From positions 1 to 44,528 of IMG/VR virus record IMGVR_UViG_3300015171_000002: DNA of 44,528 bases; one strand, 5' to 3'. The DNA comes from a virus. Below are positions 9,099-19,002 of this stretch, in pieces (the first letter of the stretch is position 1; each line of letters opens with the position of its first letter). The notes under the pieces are model-generated. The model was not told the origin of the DNA, ran no database searches, and was given only the letters and a program-made list of their open reading frames with translations. The translations under genes and the position numbers were made by a program.

Positions 9099-9683
9099 AT
9101 GAGAGAACATATAGATGGATTGATTTTTTCACCAGTTTTTAATTTGCGGGTCGGAGAAAGTCAACACGAAGTAAATACTATTTTAGAAATTATAGCAAAT
9201 TATAATATTACTAAATTTGTAGAAATTGGTGTACATGAAGGTGGTCTAACTGAATTTATTCTTAATAAAACCTTTTGTCAGTATTTAGGAGTAGAAATAG
9301 ATTCAGGTCTGGTCAGTCCCGAAATAAAAAAATTAGTAGATAATCATGGTGATAGAATTCTCTATATGGATTGTATGAGTACAGTTATTTATACAGAAGT
9401 AAAAAGTTTTGTAGATCATGGCAAGTGTTTAGTTTATTGTGATAATGGTAATAAACCGAGAGAAATAGAAAGATTTCATGGCGTAATCAAACCCGGTAGT
9501 ATTTTACTCACACATGATTTTACAGATGGAACTAGAAAGGTAAGAGATTTACCTTATCATTATTATAATACAAGAGAAGTAACAGTAGAAGATATTGCCT
9601 TTTTAGAATCAGATGAAAGTTTTCAACGCCTACCAGAATTTATTTTTCACGAAACAAGAAATATAGGTTGGATTAAATTATGA
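9099..9683 (+). CDS. Class I SAM-dependent methyltransferase (Methyltransf_24/CmcI-like)
   Basis: FVEIGVHEGG motif I, GVEID, YCDNG, KPGSILLTHD. Confidence 0.75.
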   Translation: MREHIDGLIFSPVFNLRVGESQHEVNTILEIIANYNITKFVEIGVHEGGLTEFILNKTFCQYLGVEIDSGLVSPEIKKLVDNHGDRILYMDCMSTVIYTEVKSFVDHGKCLVYCDNGNKPREIERFHGVIKPGSILLTHDFTDGTRKVRDLPYHYYNTREVTVEDIAFLESDESFQRLPEFIFHETRNIGWIKL

Positions 9684-10375
9684 TTATAATTTGTGCAAGA
9701 TGTTTAAATGAGGAGAAAAACATTGAAAGATTCCTTAAAGCGTATAGTTTTGCGGATAAAATTATTATTTCTGACGGTGGCTCAAGCGATTCATCTTTAG
9801 ATATTTTAAATAGTTATCATGGAGTTTTACAACCAGAGCTAGATATTATTAGTTTTCCACAACATGAACAAATCGGAGAATGGAAATGGAATCCAGATAA
9901 TCCACATATTAATTATGTAATTGACCGAGCTAAGGAATATTGTAAAACAAGTGATGATTGGATTATTATGGATGATATAGATGACGTTCCTAATAAAAAT
10001 TTACAATTAGATGCTAGAAAAATATTAGAAAGTTCTGTTTTTCCACAAGTAAATGTATTTAGATTATATATGTGGGGTGAAAAAGAATTTTTTCCTAAAA
10101 TGAATGATAATTTTAATCCATTATTCACATCACTTTGGGCCTGGAAACCGGTAGAATTAAATGTTCGAGCAGATAATGATTTCAAACATGGAACAATTAT
10201 AGGTCTAATGGATAACCCACTATTAGTTTTACCACCTTATTGTTTATTACATTATTCATGGAGTCCAGATACTATAGTAAGTAAAGTCCAAAAATATAAT
10301 GATATTGGCCTACCGATGAATCATCCTTTAGACTTCGCTGGAATACCGGAACCTTTACCGGAGTGGGTAGAATGA
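9680..10375 (+). CDS. Glycosyltransferase family 2
   Basis: ARCLNEEKNIERFL, ISDGGSSD, WIIMDDIDD (DxD), LLHY. Confidence 0.85.
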   Translation: MIIICARCLNEEKNIERFLKAYSFADKIIISDGGSSDSSLDILNSYHGVLQPELDIISFPQHEQIGEWKWNPDNPHINYVIDRAKEYCKTSDDWIIMDDIDDVPNKNLQLDARKILESSVFPQVNVFRLYMWGEKEFFPKMNDNFNPLFTSLWAWKPVELNVRADNDFKHGTIIGLMDNPLLVLPPYCLLHYSWSPDTIVSKVQKYNDIGLPMNHPLDFAGIPEPLPEWVE

Positions 10376-11106
10376 TAGATATATTTCCGTGGTTAGATTT
10401 AGAAACTATTTCTACTTGTAATAGAACTTGTGAGACTTGTCTTAGAAATAGTCATCCCGATAGAGAAGAATTAAAATCTTGGTTTGAATTACATTACTTA
10501 GAAATGGACGTAATCGAAGAAGCTTTACGACAAGTAAAAGAAATGGGCTTTACTGGTGGAGTACGTTTATCACATTATAATGAGCCGACAATGGATGAGC
10601 GTTTACCGGAAATTGCCAGTCTGGTACAATCCTACGGTTATAAAGCCTATATGAATACTAACGGTGATTATTTCACTGAAAAAATGGCTAAGGATTTAGA
10701 TGGTAAGTTCGAACAAATTATTGTAACGCTCTATATGGAAAATCCGATCAAGGCACAACGGGCAATTTGGATACCATCTTTATTCAAACAAACCGAGATA
10801 GCAGTTATTACACAATCAGAACATATGGCTACTCATTTCAGTCCTAAATTCGATACTGCCGCTTTAGCTGAACAAAATAGAGAACATCCCTGTCTGGAAC
10901 CACAAATAAGAGTTATTATAAATCATCGTAGACAATATTTATTATGTTGTGATGATGTAGTTGGAGTTTATAATTTAGGCAAATTTCCAGATGTAAGTAT
11001 AAAAGATTATTGGTATGGCGCTAGACACGAATTATTAGTAAATAGATTAAAAGAAGTGGGAGGCAGACACATACATAAATATTGTATGGCCTGTCCAAGA
11101 ATTTAA
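10372..11106 (+). CDS. Radical SAM enzyme with C-terminal SPASM/twitch domain
   Basis: CNRTCETC (CxxxCxxC), NEP, NTNG, PC...CC.D...C..C. Start placed at the ATGA overlap, 10372. Confidence 0.88.
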   Translation: MIDIFPWLDLETISTCNRTCETCLRNSHPDREELKSWFELHYLEMDVIEEALRQVKEMGFTGGVRLSHYNEPTMDERLPEIASLVQSYGYKAYMNTNGDYFTEKMAKDLDGKFEQIIVTLYMENPIKAQRAIWIPSLFKQTEIAVITQSEHMATHFSPKFDTAALAEQNREHPCLEPQIRVIINHRRQYLLCCDDVVGVYNLGKFPDVSIKDYWYGARHELLVNRLKEVGGRHIHKYCMACPRI

Positions 11107-11301
11107 TTGAAGAAAATAGAACATAAATTTACATTTGAAATGTCTTGGAATAATCATGGTAGTTACTGGCATATTGATCATATCAAACCATGCTCTAAAT
11201 TTGACTTATCAAATCCCGAAGAACAACAAAAATGTTTCCATTATACCAATATGCAACCGTTACCAGCTATTGATAATCTAATAAAAGGTAACAGAATATG
11301 A
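11107..11301 (+). pseudogene. C-terminal fragment of an HNH homing endonuclease
   Basis: MSWNNHG.YWHIDHIKPCSKFDL...QKCFHYTNMQPL...NL.K is the typical C-terminal nuclease part of a phage HNH family. The N-terminal part is absent (64 aa only). Confidence 0.75.
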
Positions 11302-12563
11302 AAATAGCTCTAGTATGGCCGAAATCAACATTTTTAGATAATCCTATGGTTTGGCCTCCCCTCGGTTTATTATATCTTTCTAGTCAATTAAAGGCGCAAG
11401 GGCATACCACAGAGTTTTATGATTTAAATTTTACTGAATTACCGAAAGACGGTGAATATGATCAAGTCTGGTTATCGGCTACTTCTCCCCAAATGCAGGA
11501 AATAAAGAGAGTGGCAGATATTACAAAAAATTGGAAAACTAAAACCGTTTTAGGGGGTGCAGGCCCGTGGGCTAATCCCGATAGTTGTAAAAATTTAGGA
11601 TTTGATTTAATCGTTGGTGGTGAAAGTGATCATCCCGAAAGTATTAGAAAAATAATAGATACTGTTAAAAATGGTAGCGAATCTTATATATTATTACCTA
11701 TTTCAAGAACATTAGATTGGGTATTACCCCCCGATAGAAAATGGACTCAAGATTATTATTCATATATGACAGATGCGATTGGTAATAAATATAGAATGAG
11801 TAGTTTATTTACAAGTCGTGGCTGTCCTATGGAATGTGCTTTTTGTGAGTCCGGTCGTCATGGAATTATTTGGGATAGATTAACTCGTTATGAAAGTATA
11901 GATATCGTTGAACATCAGATAAAAGAAATAAAATCACAGGGATTTAATGGATTGGCCTATTACGATGATATACTGCCACTAAATAAGAAAAGAACATATC
12001 AGATTATGGATTTACATCGTAAATATGATATGAAATATAGATGTTTTCTACGGAGTGATATTATAAATAAACAGGGTGGAAAAGAATATCTAGAAGCTAT
12101 GCGTGATGGTGGATTGATTCAAATATTTGTAGGTATTGAAAGTGCCAGTAATAAACAAAAAGATAGTATTCATAAAGGTACTACAATAGAACAAGATACT
12201 AATGTATTACAATGGTGTCGTGAATTAGGAATATTATTCAAAGGAAGTTTCATATTGGGATTGCCAGGAGAAACTAGAGAAACTATGGAAGAAACTAAAA
12301 AATGGATATTAAGTCAAAATCCAGAAGGTATAAGAATTCAGGTCGATAGACTTATTCCATTTCCCGGTACACCTTTGGGAGATCATCCAGAATTATATGA
12401 TTTAAAATATGAAAGACAAGTAGACGATAATTTTTTTTATGCTGGAAGGGATGATTTAGAAATGCATAGCTTTGTTAGTACTTCTAGTTTATCTCTTGAT
12501 GAGATAGATGATTTTTGGAGAAATTTAGAGAAAGAAATGAAAGAGAAAGGTTTCCGAAATTGA
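11298..12563 (+). CDS. Cobalamin-binding (class B) radical SAM enzyme
   Basis: PPLGLLYL B12-binding N-terminus, TSRGCPMECAFC, GIES, FILGLPGET, PFPGTPL. Confidence 0.9.
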   Translation: MKIALVWPKSTFLDNPMVWPPLGLLYLSSQLKAQGHTTEFYDLNFTELPKDGEYDQVWLSATSPQMQEIKRVADITKNWKTKTVLGGAGPWANPDSCKNLGFDLIVGGESDHPESIRKIIDTVKNGSESYILLPISRTLDWVLPPDRKWTQDYYSYMTDAIGNKYRMSSLFTSRGCPMECAFCESGRHGIIWDRLTRYESIDIVEHQIKEIKSQGFNGLAYYDDILPLNKKRTYQIMDLHRKYDMKYRCFLRSDIINKQGGKEYLEAMRDGGLIQIFVGIESASNKQKDSIHKGTTIEQDTNVLQWCRELGILFKGSFILGLPGETRETMEETKKWILSQNPEGIRIQVDRLIPFPGTPLGDHPELYDLKYERQVDDNFFYAGRDDLEMHSFVSTSSLSLDEIDDFWRNLEKEMKEKGFRN

Positions 12564-13198
12564 GAGATTATTCTAATTTTGATAAGTATATAACCGATTT
12601 ACAAGACGATGTTTACCCCCAACCCGCAGACCCACTACATCAACAATGGGGAGAATATATTCTAAATATTTGGCTACCAGAATTATCAGGTATAAATAAA
12701 ATATTATTAGATGTTGGATGTGGACAGGGCCAATTTCAACCGACAATAGTAAATAATAAATTTCAATGGATAGGTGTTACATTAGGAACAGATTATAATA
12801 TTTGTTTAGGTAAAAATTATCAGGTCTATCAACAAGATTTTTCTTTCCTTACAGATTTTAGAGATAATAGTGTAGGAGTAATTTTGAGCCGACACAGTTT
12901 AGAACATTCACCTTTTCCAATTTTAACGCTCATGGAATGGTATCGAGTATCTAATAAATATTTAATTTTAGTTTTACCTAATCCAGATCATTTTCAGTTT
13001 TTCGGAAAAAATCATTATTCAGTTATGACAAATTCTCATGTTTTATGGTTGGCGGCTAGAGTGGGATGGAAACCAGTCACTAAAGATTATAGTGAGCGTC
13101 AAGAATTACGTTATTTATTTGAAAAAGCAGAACCGAGAAGAGAATTAATGTGGGAATCAGAGGGACGATTAGAAGCAGAATATGGAAGTACTCGATAA
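12560..13198 (+). CDS. Class I SAM-dependent methyltransferase
   Basis: LLDVGCGQG motif I, SRHSLEHSPFP, EWYRV...LVLP. Start uncertain: TTG 12560 overlaps the upstream stop; the track uses 12515. Confidence 0.82.
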   Translation: MRDYSNFDKYITDLQDDVYPQPADPLHQQWGEYILNIWLPELSGINKILLDVGCGQGQFQPTIVNNKFQWIGVTLGTDYNICLGKNYQVYQQDFSFLTDFRDNSVGVILSRHSLEHSPFPILTLMEWYRVSNKYLILVLPNPDHFQFFGKNHYSVMTNSHVLWLAARVGWKPVTKDYSERQELRYLFEKAEPRRELMWESEGRLEAEYGSTR

Positions 13199-13233
13199 TG
13201 AATACTATTAGAAAAGTTATAGGTAATTTATAA
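13198..13233 (+). CDS. 11-codon mini-ORF MNTIRKVIGNL bridging two genes
   Basis: TAATG overlap with the upstream stop (13196-13200) and with the downstream start (13231-13235). Confidence 0.35.
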   Translation: MNTIRKVIGNL

Positions 13234-14174
13234 TGATAAATGTTGCAATTTCGGGACTTGCATTCAGTGTCACGGCGCACATGGAATATATTGTTAGAGC
13301 ATTTAAGCGTCGAACGGATTGTGATGTTAGAGTAGTCGGCCCCTATCCTGGTCTAAATATGCCGTGGACTCGAAATGGTATAACTGGAATTGTTATGCCA
13401 GATAATTATGATTTCAAACCGGATATAGCTTTACCTTTTAATGGAGCCGGTCAAAATGCTCCTATTTCTTATATTGAAGGTTTATTGAAAGATTTCAAAC
13501 CCGATTTATGGTTAGATTGTGATAGTGGATTTTATTTAGATGGTACTCCTAAAACCGGTGTTAGAGCTTTATTCGAGGGTGATCCACATGTGTTACGCGA
13601 TTATTATAATGGACATAAACATAATTATAAATATGTATTCAATCCACAAAATAATTATTCAACACAAGATGAATATTATTTAACATATGCGGCTGATCCG
13701 ATTTGGCATTCTCCGATAGATGGAACAGAAAAGATATACGATGTGGCACTTATCGGTAACTTTTATACCCATAGAGTAGATTTTATTAATGGATTACGTA
13801 GTCAAGGTAAAAATGTATTTTTCGATTTAGGACAGGCTAAAGAAGATGCTAGATTGATTTATGCTCAATCGAGAGTAGGATTAAATTGGTCTACTCTTGC
13901 TGATTTAAATGCCAGAGTATTTGAATTGATGTGTATGGGAATTGCACCAGTTATGAATAGAGTACCCGGACTGGTTTTATTTGATGAAGGTGTAGATTAT
14001 TTAGGATTTGATGATGCCGCTCAAGCTAATGCACAAATAAATTTATTATTAAATGAACCAGATTTAGCCAAATCTATGGGAATAAATGCCCGAAATAAAA
14101 TAATAAATGACAAACATACCTGGGATGATCGCGTTCAAACCATTTTAGAAGTTACTGGTTTAGTTGTAAATTGA
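13233..14174 (+). CDS. CgeB-like GT-B glycosyltransferase
   Basis: YAADP, YDVALIG, SRVGLN, LNARVFE, HTWDDRVQTIL. Confidence 0.85.
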   Translation: MINVAISGLAFSVTAHMEYIVRAFKRRTDCDVRVVGPYPGLNMPWTRNGITGIVMPDNYDFKPDIALPFNGAGQNAPISYIEGLLKDFKPDLWLDCDSGFYLDGTPKTGVRALFEGDPHVLRDYYNGHKHNYKYVFNPQNNYSTQDEYYLTYAADPIWHSPIDGTEKIYDVALIGNFYTHRVDFINGLRSQGKNVFFDLGQAKEDARLIYAQSRVGLNWSTLADLNARVFELMCMGIAPVMNRVPGLVLFDEGVDYLGFDDAAQANAQINLLLNEPDLAKSMGINARNKIINDKHTWDDRVQTILEVTGLVVN

Positions 14175-14199
14175 CAAAAAACCAAAAATGTGATATAAT
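14171..14199 (+). promoter_or_regulatory. Sigma70-type promoter (-35 contains the upstream TGA stop)
   Basis: TTGACA(14171-14176)-17 bp-TATAAT(14194-14199), preceded by TGTGA. Confidence 0.85.
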
Positions 14200-14225
14200 G
14201 GAGAAAGAAAGTATATAAAAATATT

Positions 14226-14732
14226 ATGAAGAAACCAGAATTATTTAGTATTAATAAAAGAGTGGGGCAACAAAATCAAGCCAGAAATTTGAATGGAAGA
14301 TTAGTTGAAAGAACTGAATTCTTATTTGTTATGATGGGTGAGGAAGTAACTTTTGTGACTCCGGTTTATGACCCCGATCATTTTATTTATCAGAATTTAA
14401 TGCCTATCTCAGAAGAAGAAGTAAGAATAAAATATTTAGGTGTTTTACCAATAGCATTACGTGGTAGTCACATTTTATGTACTTGTGGAGCAGAAGCAGT
14501 AATAGCTATAGATGGTGATTATGCTGGAATGGCCGTTTGTAAATCGGTTGCTACTTTAGGTAAACATCAGACCAGTTTCCAGATAAAAAATCAACATCTA
14601 ATCGTAGATAAGAAAACCCAAGATGAACGTTATATGGGTGATAGTGATATTGCCAAAACTATCAAGAGTGAAGAACAGGCGAGCGATGAACATTCAGAAG
14701 CTATTAGAAAAGGCTCTGATTTAGATGGGTAA
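14226..14732 (+). CDS. Hypothetical protein, possible Zn site
   Basis: CTCG...C...H pattern; first gene after a promoter; overlaps the next start. Confidence 0.6.
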   Translation: MKKPELFSINKRVGQQNQARNLNGRLVERTEFLFVMMGEEVTFVTPVYDPDHFIYQNLMPISEEEVRIKYLGVLPIALRGSHILCTCGAEAVIAIDGDYAGMAVCKSVATLGKHQTSFQIKNQHLIVDKKTQDERYMGDSDIAKTIKSEEQASDEHSEAIRKGSDLDG

Positions 14733-15801
14733 ATTAATAAAAGTTCTTACTGTTTCTGGTAGTCCTAAAAATATTAGTGCAGAAACTCTAAACGGTAGAG
14801 GTGTCGGTGGAGCAGAATTAGCTCTGATAACATGGTCAGAATTATTAGCTAAATCTGGATATTTATTAGATATTTATAATCAAACAGAAGGTAAAAGTTT
14901 TTATGAACAGATTACAGGTGGTTGTGTAAACTGGTTGCCAGATGATAGACCTATTTTTAGTGATGATAGTATTTTAGTTACCTTTCGTGGCCCAAATGAA
15001 TTATCTAAAACAACCGCCCATAGAAAACATATTGGTTGGAGTTGTGATCAGTTTACTGTAGGTGATTATATCGAATGGTATAAAGACGTAGATACGATGG
15101 TACTTATTTCAGAATTTCATAAGCAGGATCATATCATGCGTTACGGAAAAGAATTGGTTGAAAGTAAAGGCGTTGTATTAGACCTGGGTGTTAGGACGTG
15201 GGAATATGAAACCAGTATTGAAAAAATACCCTATCAATTTATTTATTGCAGTATTCCAGACCGGGGATTAGAAAATCTTTGTCAAATCTGGCCGCAGATA
15301 AAAGTATCCTATCCACTGGCTACATTGATTATTACGAGTGATTATACACTTTGGGGAGCAGCCGACCCATTAAATATGCAATACAGATTGATGTTTGCCG
15401 GTTTAGAAGGTGTAAAATTTGTTGGAAATGTACCGAGAAATGAATTAGTACGTTATCAGATGCAGAGTGAAATTCAATTATATCCTTGTATCTATGATGA
15501 AAATTTCTGTATCGCTAATGCGGAATGTCAGGTAGCAGGTTGTTTCTGTATTACATCAGCACAAGGCGCATTAAAAACAACTAACTTTACTGGTTATAAA
15601 GTTTATAATAATGATTATATGAATGCAATAAATATTTTTTATAATTTAGATAATAATACTCGAAAAGAATTATCAATAGATATAAGAAATAAAGCATTTA
15701 AAAGATTTGGTTGGCAAGAAATCGCAAAACAATGGGAAACTATTCTACAACCACTAGAAGCGAAAGAAAATGCTAGTAAAGGAAATAAATTATATGCGTA
15801 A
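14725..15801 (+). CDS. Glycosyltransferase family 4 (GT-B)
   Basis: GVGGAE, ISEFHK, YCSIPDRGLENL, ENFCIANAECQ (E-x7-E), FGWQEIAKQW. Confidence 0.88.
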   Translation: MGKLIKVLTVSGSPKNISAETLNGRGVGGAELALITWSELLAKSGYLLDIYNQTEGKSFYEQITGGCVNWLPDDRPIFSDDSILVTFRGPNELSKTTAHRKHIGWSCDQFTVGDYIEWYKDVDTMVLISEFHKQDHIMRYGKELVESKGVVLDLGVRTWEYETSIEKIPYQFIYCSIPDRGLENLCQIWPQIKVSYPLATLIITSDYTLWGAADPLNMQYRLMFAGLEGVKFVGNVPRNELVRYQMQSEIQLYPCIYDENFCIANAECQVAGCFCITSAQGALKTTNFTGYKVYNNDYMNAINIFYNLDNNTRKELSIDIRNKAFKRFGWQEIAKQWETILQPLEAKENASKGNKLYA

Positions 15802-16936
15802 GCGGCTTTTATGGATCGGAGATTGGATGTTAGGTAAGGATGGTAGTCCATTAACGGGTTATTGTGGTATTTCAGATTATTACGCTCCTAAACTACATAA
15901 AGAATTTAATGTAATAGCTTTGGGATTTGCATATCAAAGAAATCAGCACAATTATTTATTTAGTTTGAGTCATACTCCTATTCAGTCATTAGGTGTAGCA
16001 TTACAAAGTATAAATTCAACTTATTCAATCGATTATCTTATCTGTTCAGCCGATATTACTGTACAGGCACAATTATTGAAAGTTCCTCGTAATAAAACTA
16101 AATATATTGGAATTTTTGCAGTAGAAAGTAGTCCAGTATATGCACCCTGGGCAATGGCTTTAGCATCGATGGATTATAAATTACCAATCAGTCAATTCGG
16201 AACAGATGAATGTGAAAAAGTCGGTTTAGAAGCAACTCATCTTGTTATTCCTACCGATAGAAATATCTGGAAACCTAGAACTTGGGAAGAAAAAGAATCT
16301 ATCAAAGATATGTTAGGTGTCAAAGATAAAACGACTCTGTTTATCAATGCAGCAGGTAATGAAAGAAAGAATATTGCTACAGTCTTAGAAGCTTTGAAAG
16401 ATATTCCCAATAAAGAAAAATATTATTTATTCATGCTGACAAATGCTGATAGTCAGGTCAGTTGGGATTTACGAGAACTTGTTACCAGATTTGATTTGAA
16501 TAGAAATGTAACCATATTTGAAAAGGGTCTATCTCAAGTTGAAACCAGACGTTTATATGCTGGCGCTGATTTTTTTATTAATATCAGTAAAGCTGAGGGT
16601 TTATGTATGCCGATATTAGAAGCTATGTCAGTTGGTACACCAGTAATAGCTACTAATGCAACAGCCATGAAAGAACATTTAGGAAGTGGAGATAATAGAC
16701 GTGGTATTGCTATTGAACCAGATTTCAAATTAATTGATGTATTCGGTAATACGGATAGATTTTATGTGATTGCTGAAACCTTTCAGAAAACACTAACGTA
16801 TCAGGCTAATCTTTTACGAGAATGGGGTCGAGATTGTTCTCATCTAAATCAAATAACGGATAAAGCACAGGCTTATATTGATGAGCGTAATAATAAAAAT
16901 TCATTAGAAGTATTAAGGAATATTATCAATGTCTAG
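15770..16936 (+). CDS. Glycosyltransferase family 4 (GT-B)
   Basis: TGY, NERKN, EGLCMPILEAMSVGTPVIAT. Confidence 0.88.
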   Translation: MLVKEINYMRKRLLWIGDWMLGKDGSPLTGYCGISDYYAPKLHKEFNVIALGFAYQRNQHNYLFSLSHTPIQSLGVALQSINSTYSIDYLICSADITVQAQLLKVPRNKTKYIGIFAVESSPVYAPWAMALASMDYKLPISQFGTDECEKVGLEATHLVIPTDRNIWKPRTWEEKESIKDMLGVKDKTTLFINAAGNERKNIATVLEALKDIPNKEKYYLFMLTNADSQVSWDLRELVTRFDLNRNVTIFEKGLSQVETRRLYAGADFFINISKAEGLCMPILEAMSVGTPVIATNATAMKEHLGSGDNRRGIAIEPDFKLIDVFGNTDRFYVIAETFQKTLTYQANLLREWGRDCSHLNQITDKAQAYIDERNNKNSLEVLRNIINV

Positions 16937-17810
16937 AAATAAACATAGAAACTTACCGGATACACCTGCAAAAATAAAAACTGTTATCTTTCCTAAAATT
17001 GATGTAGTTATTCCGGTTTATGGTCAGTTTCCAACTCTGGCTAATGGTATAGAAGCTTTAGATAATGCCATGAATGGAATCAGTTATAGAGTTTTTATGA
17101 CAGATGATGTATCACCCGATTTAGCTAAAGTCGGTAGAGATTATTATTCATCCCTAAAGGATAATTCTAAAATAGCTCCAATAACCTATCATAAAAATAA
17201 TCAAGGTTTCGGTAAGTCTTGTAATGATGCTGCCAGTATGGGAAGTGCTAAATATATTCTTATTCATTCCAGTGATGTAGTTTTAATGCCAGATTCGGTA
17301 AAAATAATGTATGAACATATCGAGAACAATCCTGATATTGGAATTATTGCACCTAAATTATTATTTTTTCCAAACCAAAAAGACCCTAATCGGCCAGCCG
17401 GAAAGGTGCAAAGCGTAGGAATATTTTTCGACTCTATGGGTGAACCTTTTCATCCTTTTAATGGTTGGGACGAAAATCACCCATTGGTAAATATAGTCAG
17501 AGATGTAAATGCTACAACTGGTGCAACCTTTTTAATTCGAAGAAATGTTTGGCAACAATTAAAAGGATTTAGTTTAGATTATGGTAGAGGTACATGGGAA
17601 GATATAGATATATCTTTTAGAACAAGAATGTCGGGACTTAAGATAAGAATTCTACCACAAGCGGTAGGATATCATTATACTAATTTATCGGTTTTAGGTG
17701 ACAAAGAAGGATTTCCTTTGAATCATAATAAAGATATTTTCAAAGCGAAATTTAATCAAATAATCCCCTACGATTCTTGGGTGCAGAGCGGTGTTTTTTA
17801 TGATGACTAA
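16929..17810 (+). CDS. Glycosyltransferase family 2
   Basis: IDVVIPVY, TDDVS, NQGFGKSCN, SSDV, TGATFLIRR, WEDIDISFR. Confidence 0.9.
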   Translation: MSRNKHRNLPDTPAKIKTVIFPKIDVVIPVYGQFPTLANGIEALDNAMNGISYRVFMTDDVSPDLAKVGRDYYSSLKDNSKIAPITYHKNNQGFGKSCNDAASMGSAKYILIHSSDVVLMPDSVKIMYEHIENNPDIGIIAPKLLFFPNQKDPNRPAGKVQSVGIFFDSMGEPFHPFNGWDENHPLVNIVRDVNATTGATFLIRRNVWQQLKGFSLDYGRGTWEDIDISFRTRMSGLKIRILPQAVGYHYTNLSVLGDKEGFPLNHNKDIFKAKFNQIIPYDSWVQSGVFYDD

Positions 17811-17898
17811 ACAATATATTAAATATAAAAGAAAAGTTATCCCCGTAGAAAAAAATCCCCTAAACCATCTAAGATTATTAAGAAAGAGAAATAAATGA
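17800..17898 (+). CDS. Small basic ORF (32 aa) below the track threshold
   Basis: MMTKQYIKYKRKVIPVEKNPLNHLRLLRKRNK fills the gap exactly and ends in an ATGA overlap with 17895. Confidence 0.35.
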   Translation: MMTKQYIKYKRKVIPVEKNPLNHLRLLRKRNK

Positions 17899-18593
17899 AC
17901 GTTCAAATTCCACTAACCACACCGCAGTTTTTAACTGAACAGATGTTCATTAATTACGGAATGTTCACCGGGTCTGCTACATCTTTTCAAATACAAGCTG
18001 CCTTTTGTATTGCAGAAAATCAAGTTGCTAGAGATGTTGGAACATTTCTAATGCCAACTACCTTTACCGGAACCGTTGGGTTTTTGGGATTTGATACTCC
18101 ATATGAAAGTCCAGTGGGAAAGATTATTTCGGTAGATAATATAGTTCTACATAGACGTTATTCCAATGGTATAGATCAATATATTTCAGGTACAGCTTTT
18201 GTTAGAGATATAGATAATGGTTATTATTTTATTGCCGAATCACCCAATGATAATAGTTCATGTGTGGGTTGTACATCACCAGTAGTGGGTTATTATCAAT
18301 TTAATGTTTCTATTACAGCCGGATATCCAAGTGGAACGGTTTCGAATAATCCTATGGCTCAACTTGCCGCATGTATGGCCGCAGATATCGCATTAAAAAT
18401 GATGTATGATGAAGGTATCGGTGTTCAATATGAAAATCTTGTTAAAACATTACAAATTGGTCGTCTAATTCAATCAATGGAAACTAAATATTTCTTGAAT
18501 ACAATTTATGGGCCTAGTAGTAGAGCTAATTATATTAGTAAATTATTAGAACCATTTAAAATAACAAGAGTTGGTTTCCTGGGTAGATTTTAA
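17895..18593 (+). CDS. Head-tail adaptor (connector) protein
   Basis: First gene of the neck series; A...AE..V...VG, TAGY, and LLEPFK C-terminus typical of gp6/gp15-like adaptors. Confidence 0.65.
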   Translation: MNVQIPLTTPQFLTEQMFINYGMFTGSATSFQIQAAFCIAENQVARDVGTFLMPTTFTGTVGFLGFDTPYESPVGKIISVDNIVLHRRYSNGIDQYISGTAFVRDIDNGYYFIAESPNDNSSCVGCTSPVVGYYQFNVSITAGYPSGTVSNNPMAQLAACMAADIALKMMYDEGIGVQYENLVKTLQIGRLIQSMETKYFLNTIYGPSSRANYISKLLEPFKITRVGFLGRF

Positions 18594-18989
18594 ATGTCAA
18601 TTATTTATAATTTGCGTGGAAGTATATTCCGTGATCAAATAGCATATGATGATAATGGTGGAGCAGTTGTAACAGGAACAACTACAATAGCTAGTAATGA
18701 ACCCTGTCGTCTAGATTATATTATTCCTAAGATGAATATAATAGCACCACAAGGTTTAGAAACAAATGTTACTTATTCTTTTTATATCAGGTCAACACGT
18801 CAACATCCTATTAATATAAGAGAAAATGATTATGTAGTAATAACTTTTCCTAATTTTCATTCTGAATATAATAATAGACTTAGAGTAAGGGGTGTTCAAC
18901 GTGAAACTTTACATCCACAAGACCCGAATTCTATTCTTGAATGTGAAGTAGTTAGAATTAGAGAATCTCGTAATAATCTTATAGATTAG
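18594..18989 (+). CDS. Head closure (stopper) protein
   Basis: DDNGG...PCRL, IREND.V beta-rich pattern; size and position. Confidence 0.6.
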   Translation: MSIIYNLRGSIFRDQIAYDDNGGAVVTGTTTIASNEPCRLDYIIPKMNIIAPQGLETNVTYSFYIRSTRQHPINIRENDYVVITFPNFHSEYNNRLRVRGVQRETLHPQDPNSILECEVVRIRESRNNLID

Positions 18990-19002
18990 AACAGGAATTA
19001 TA

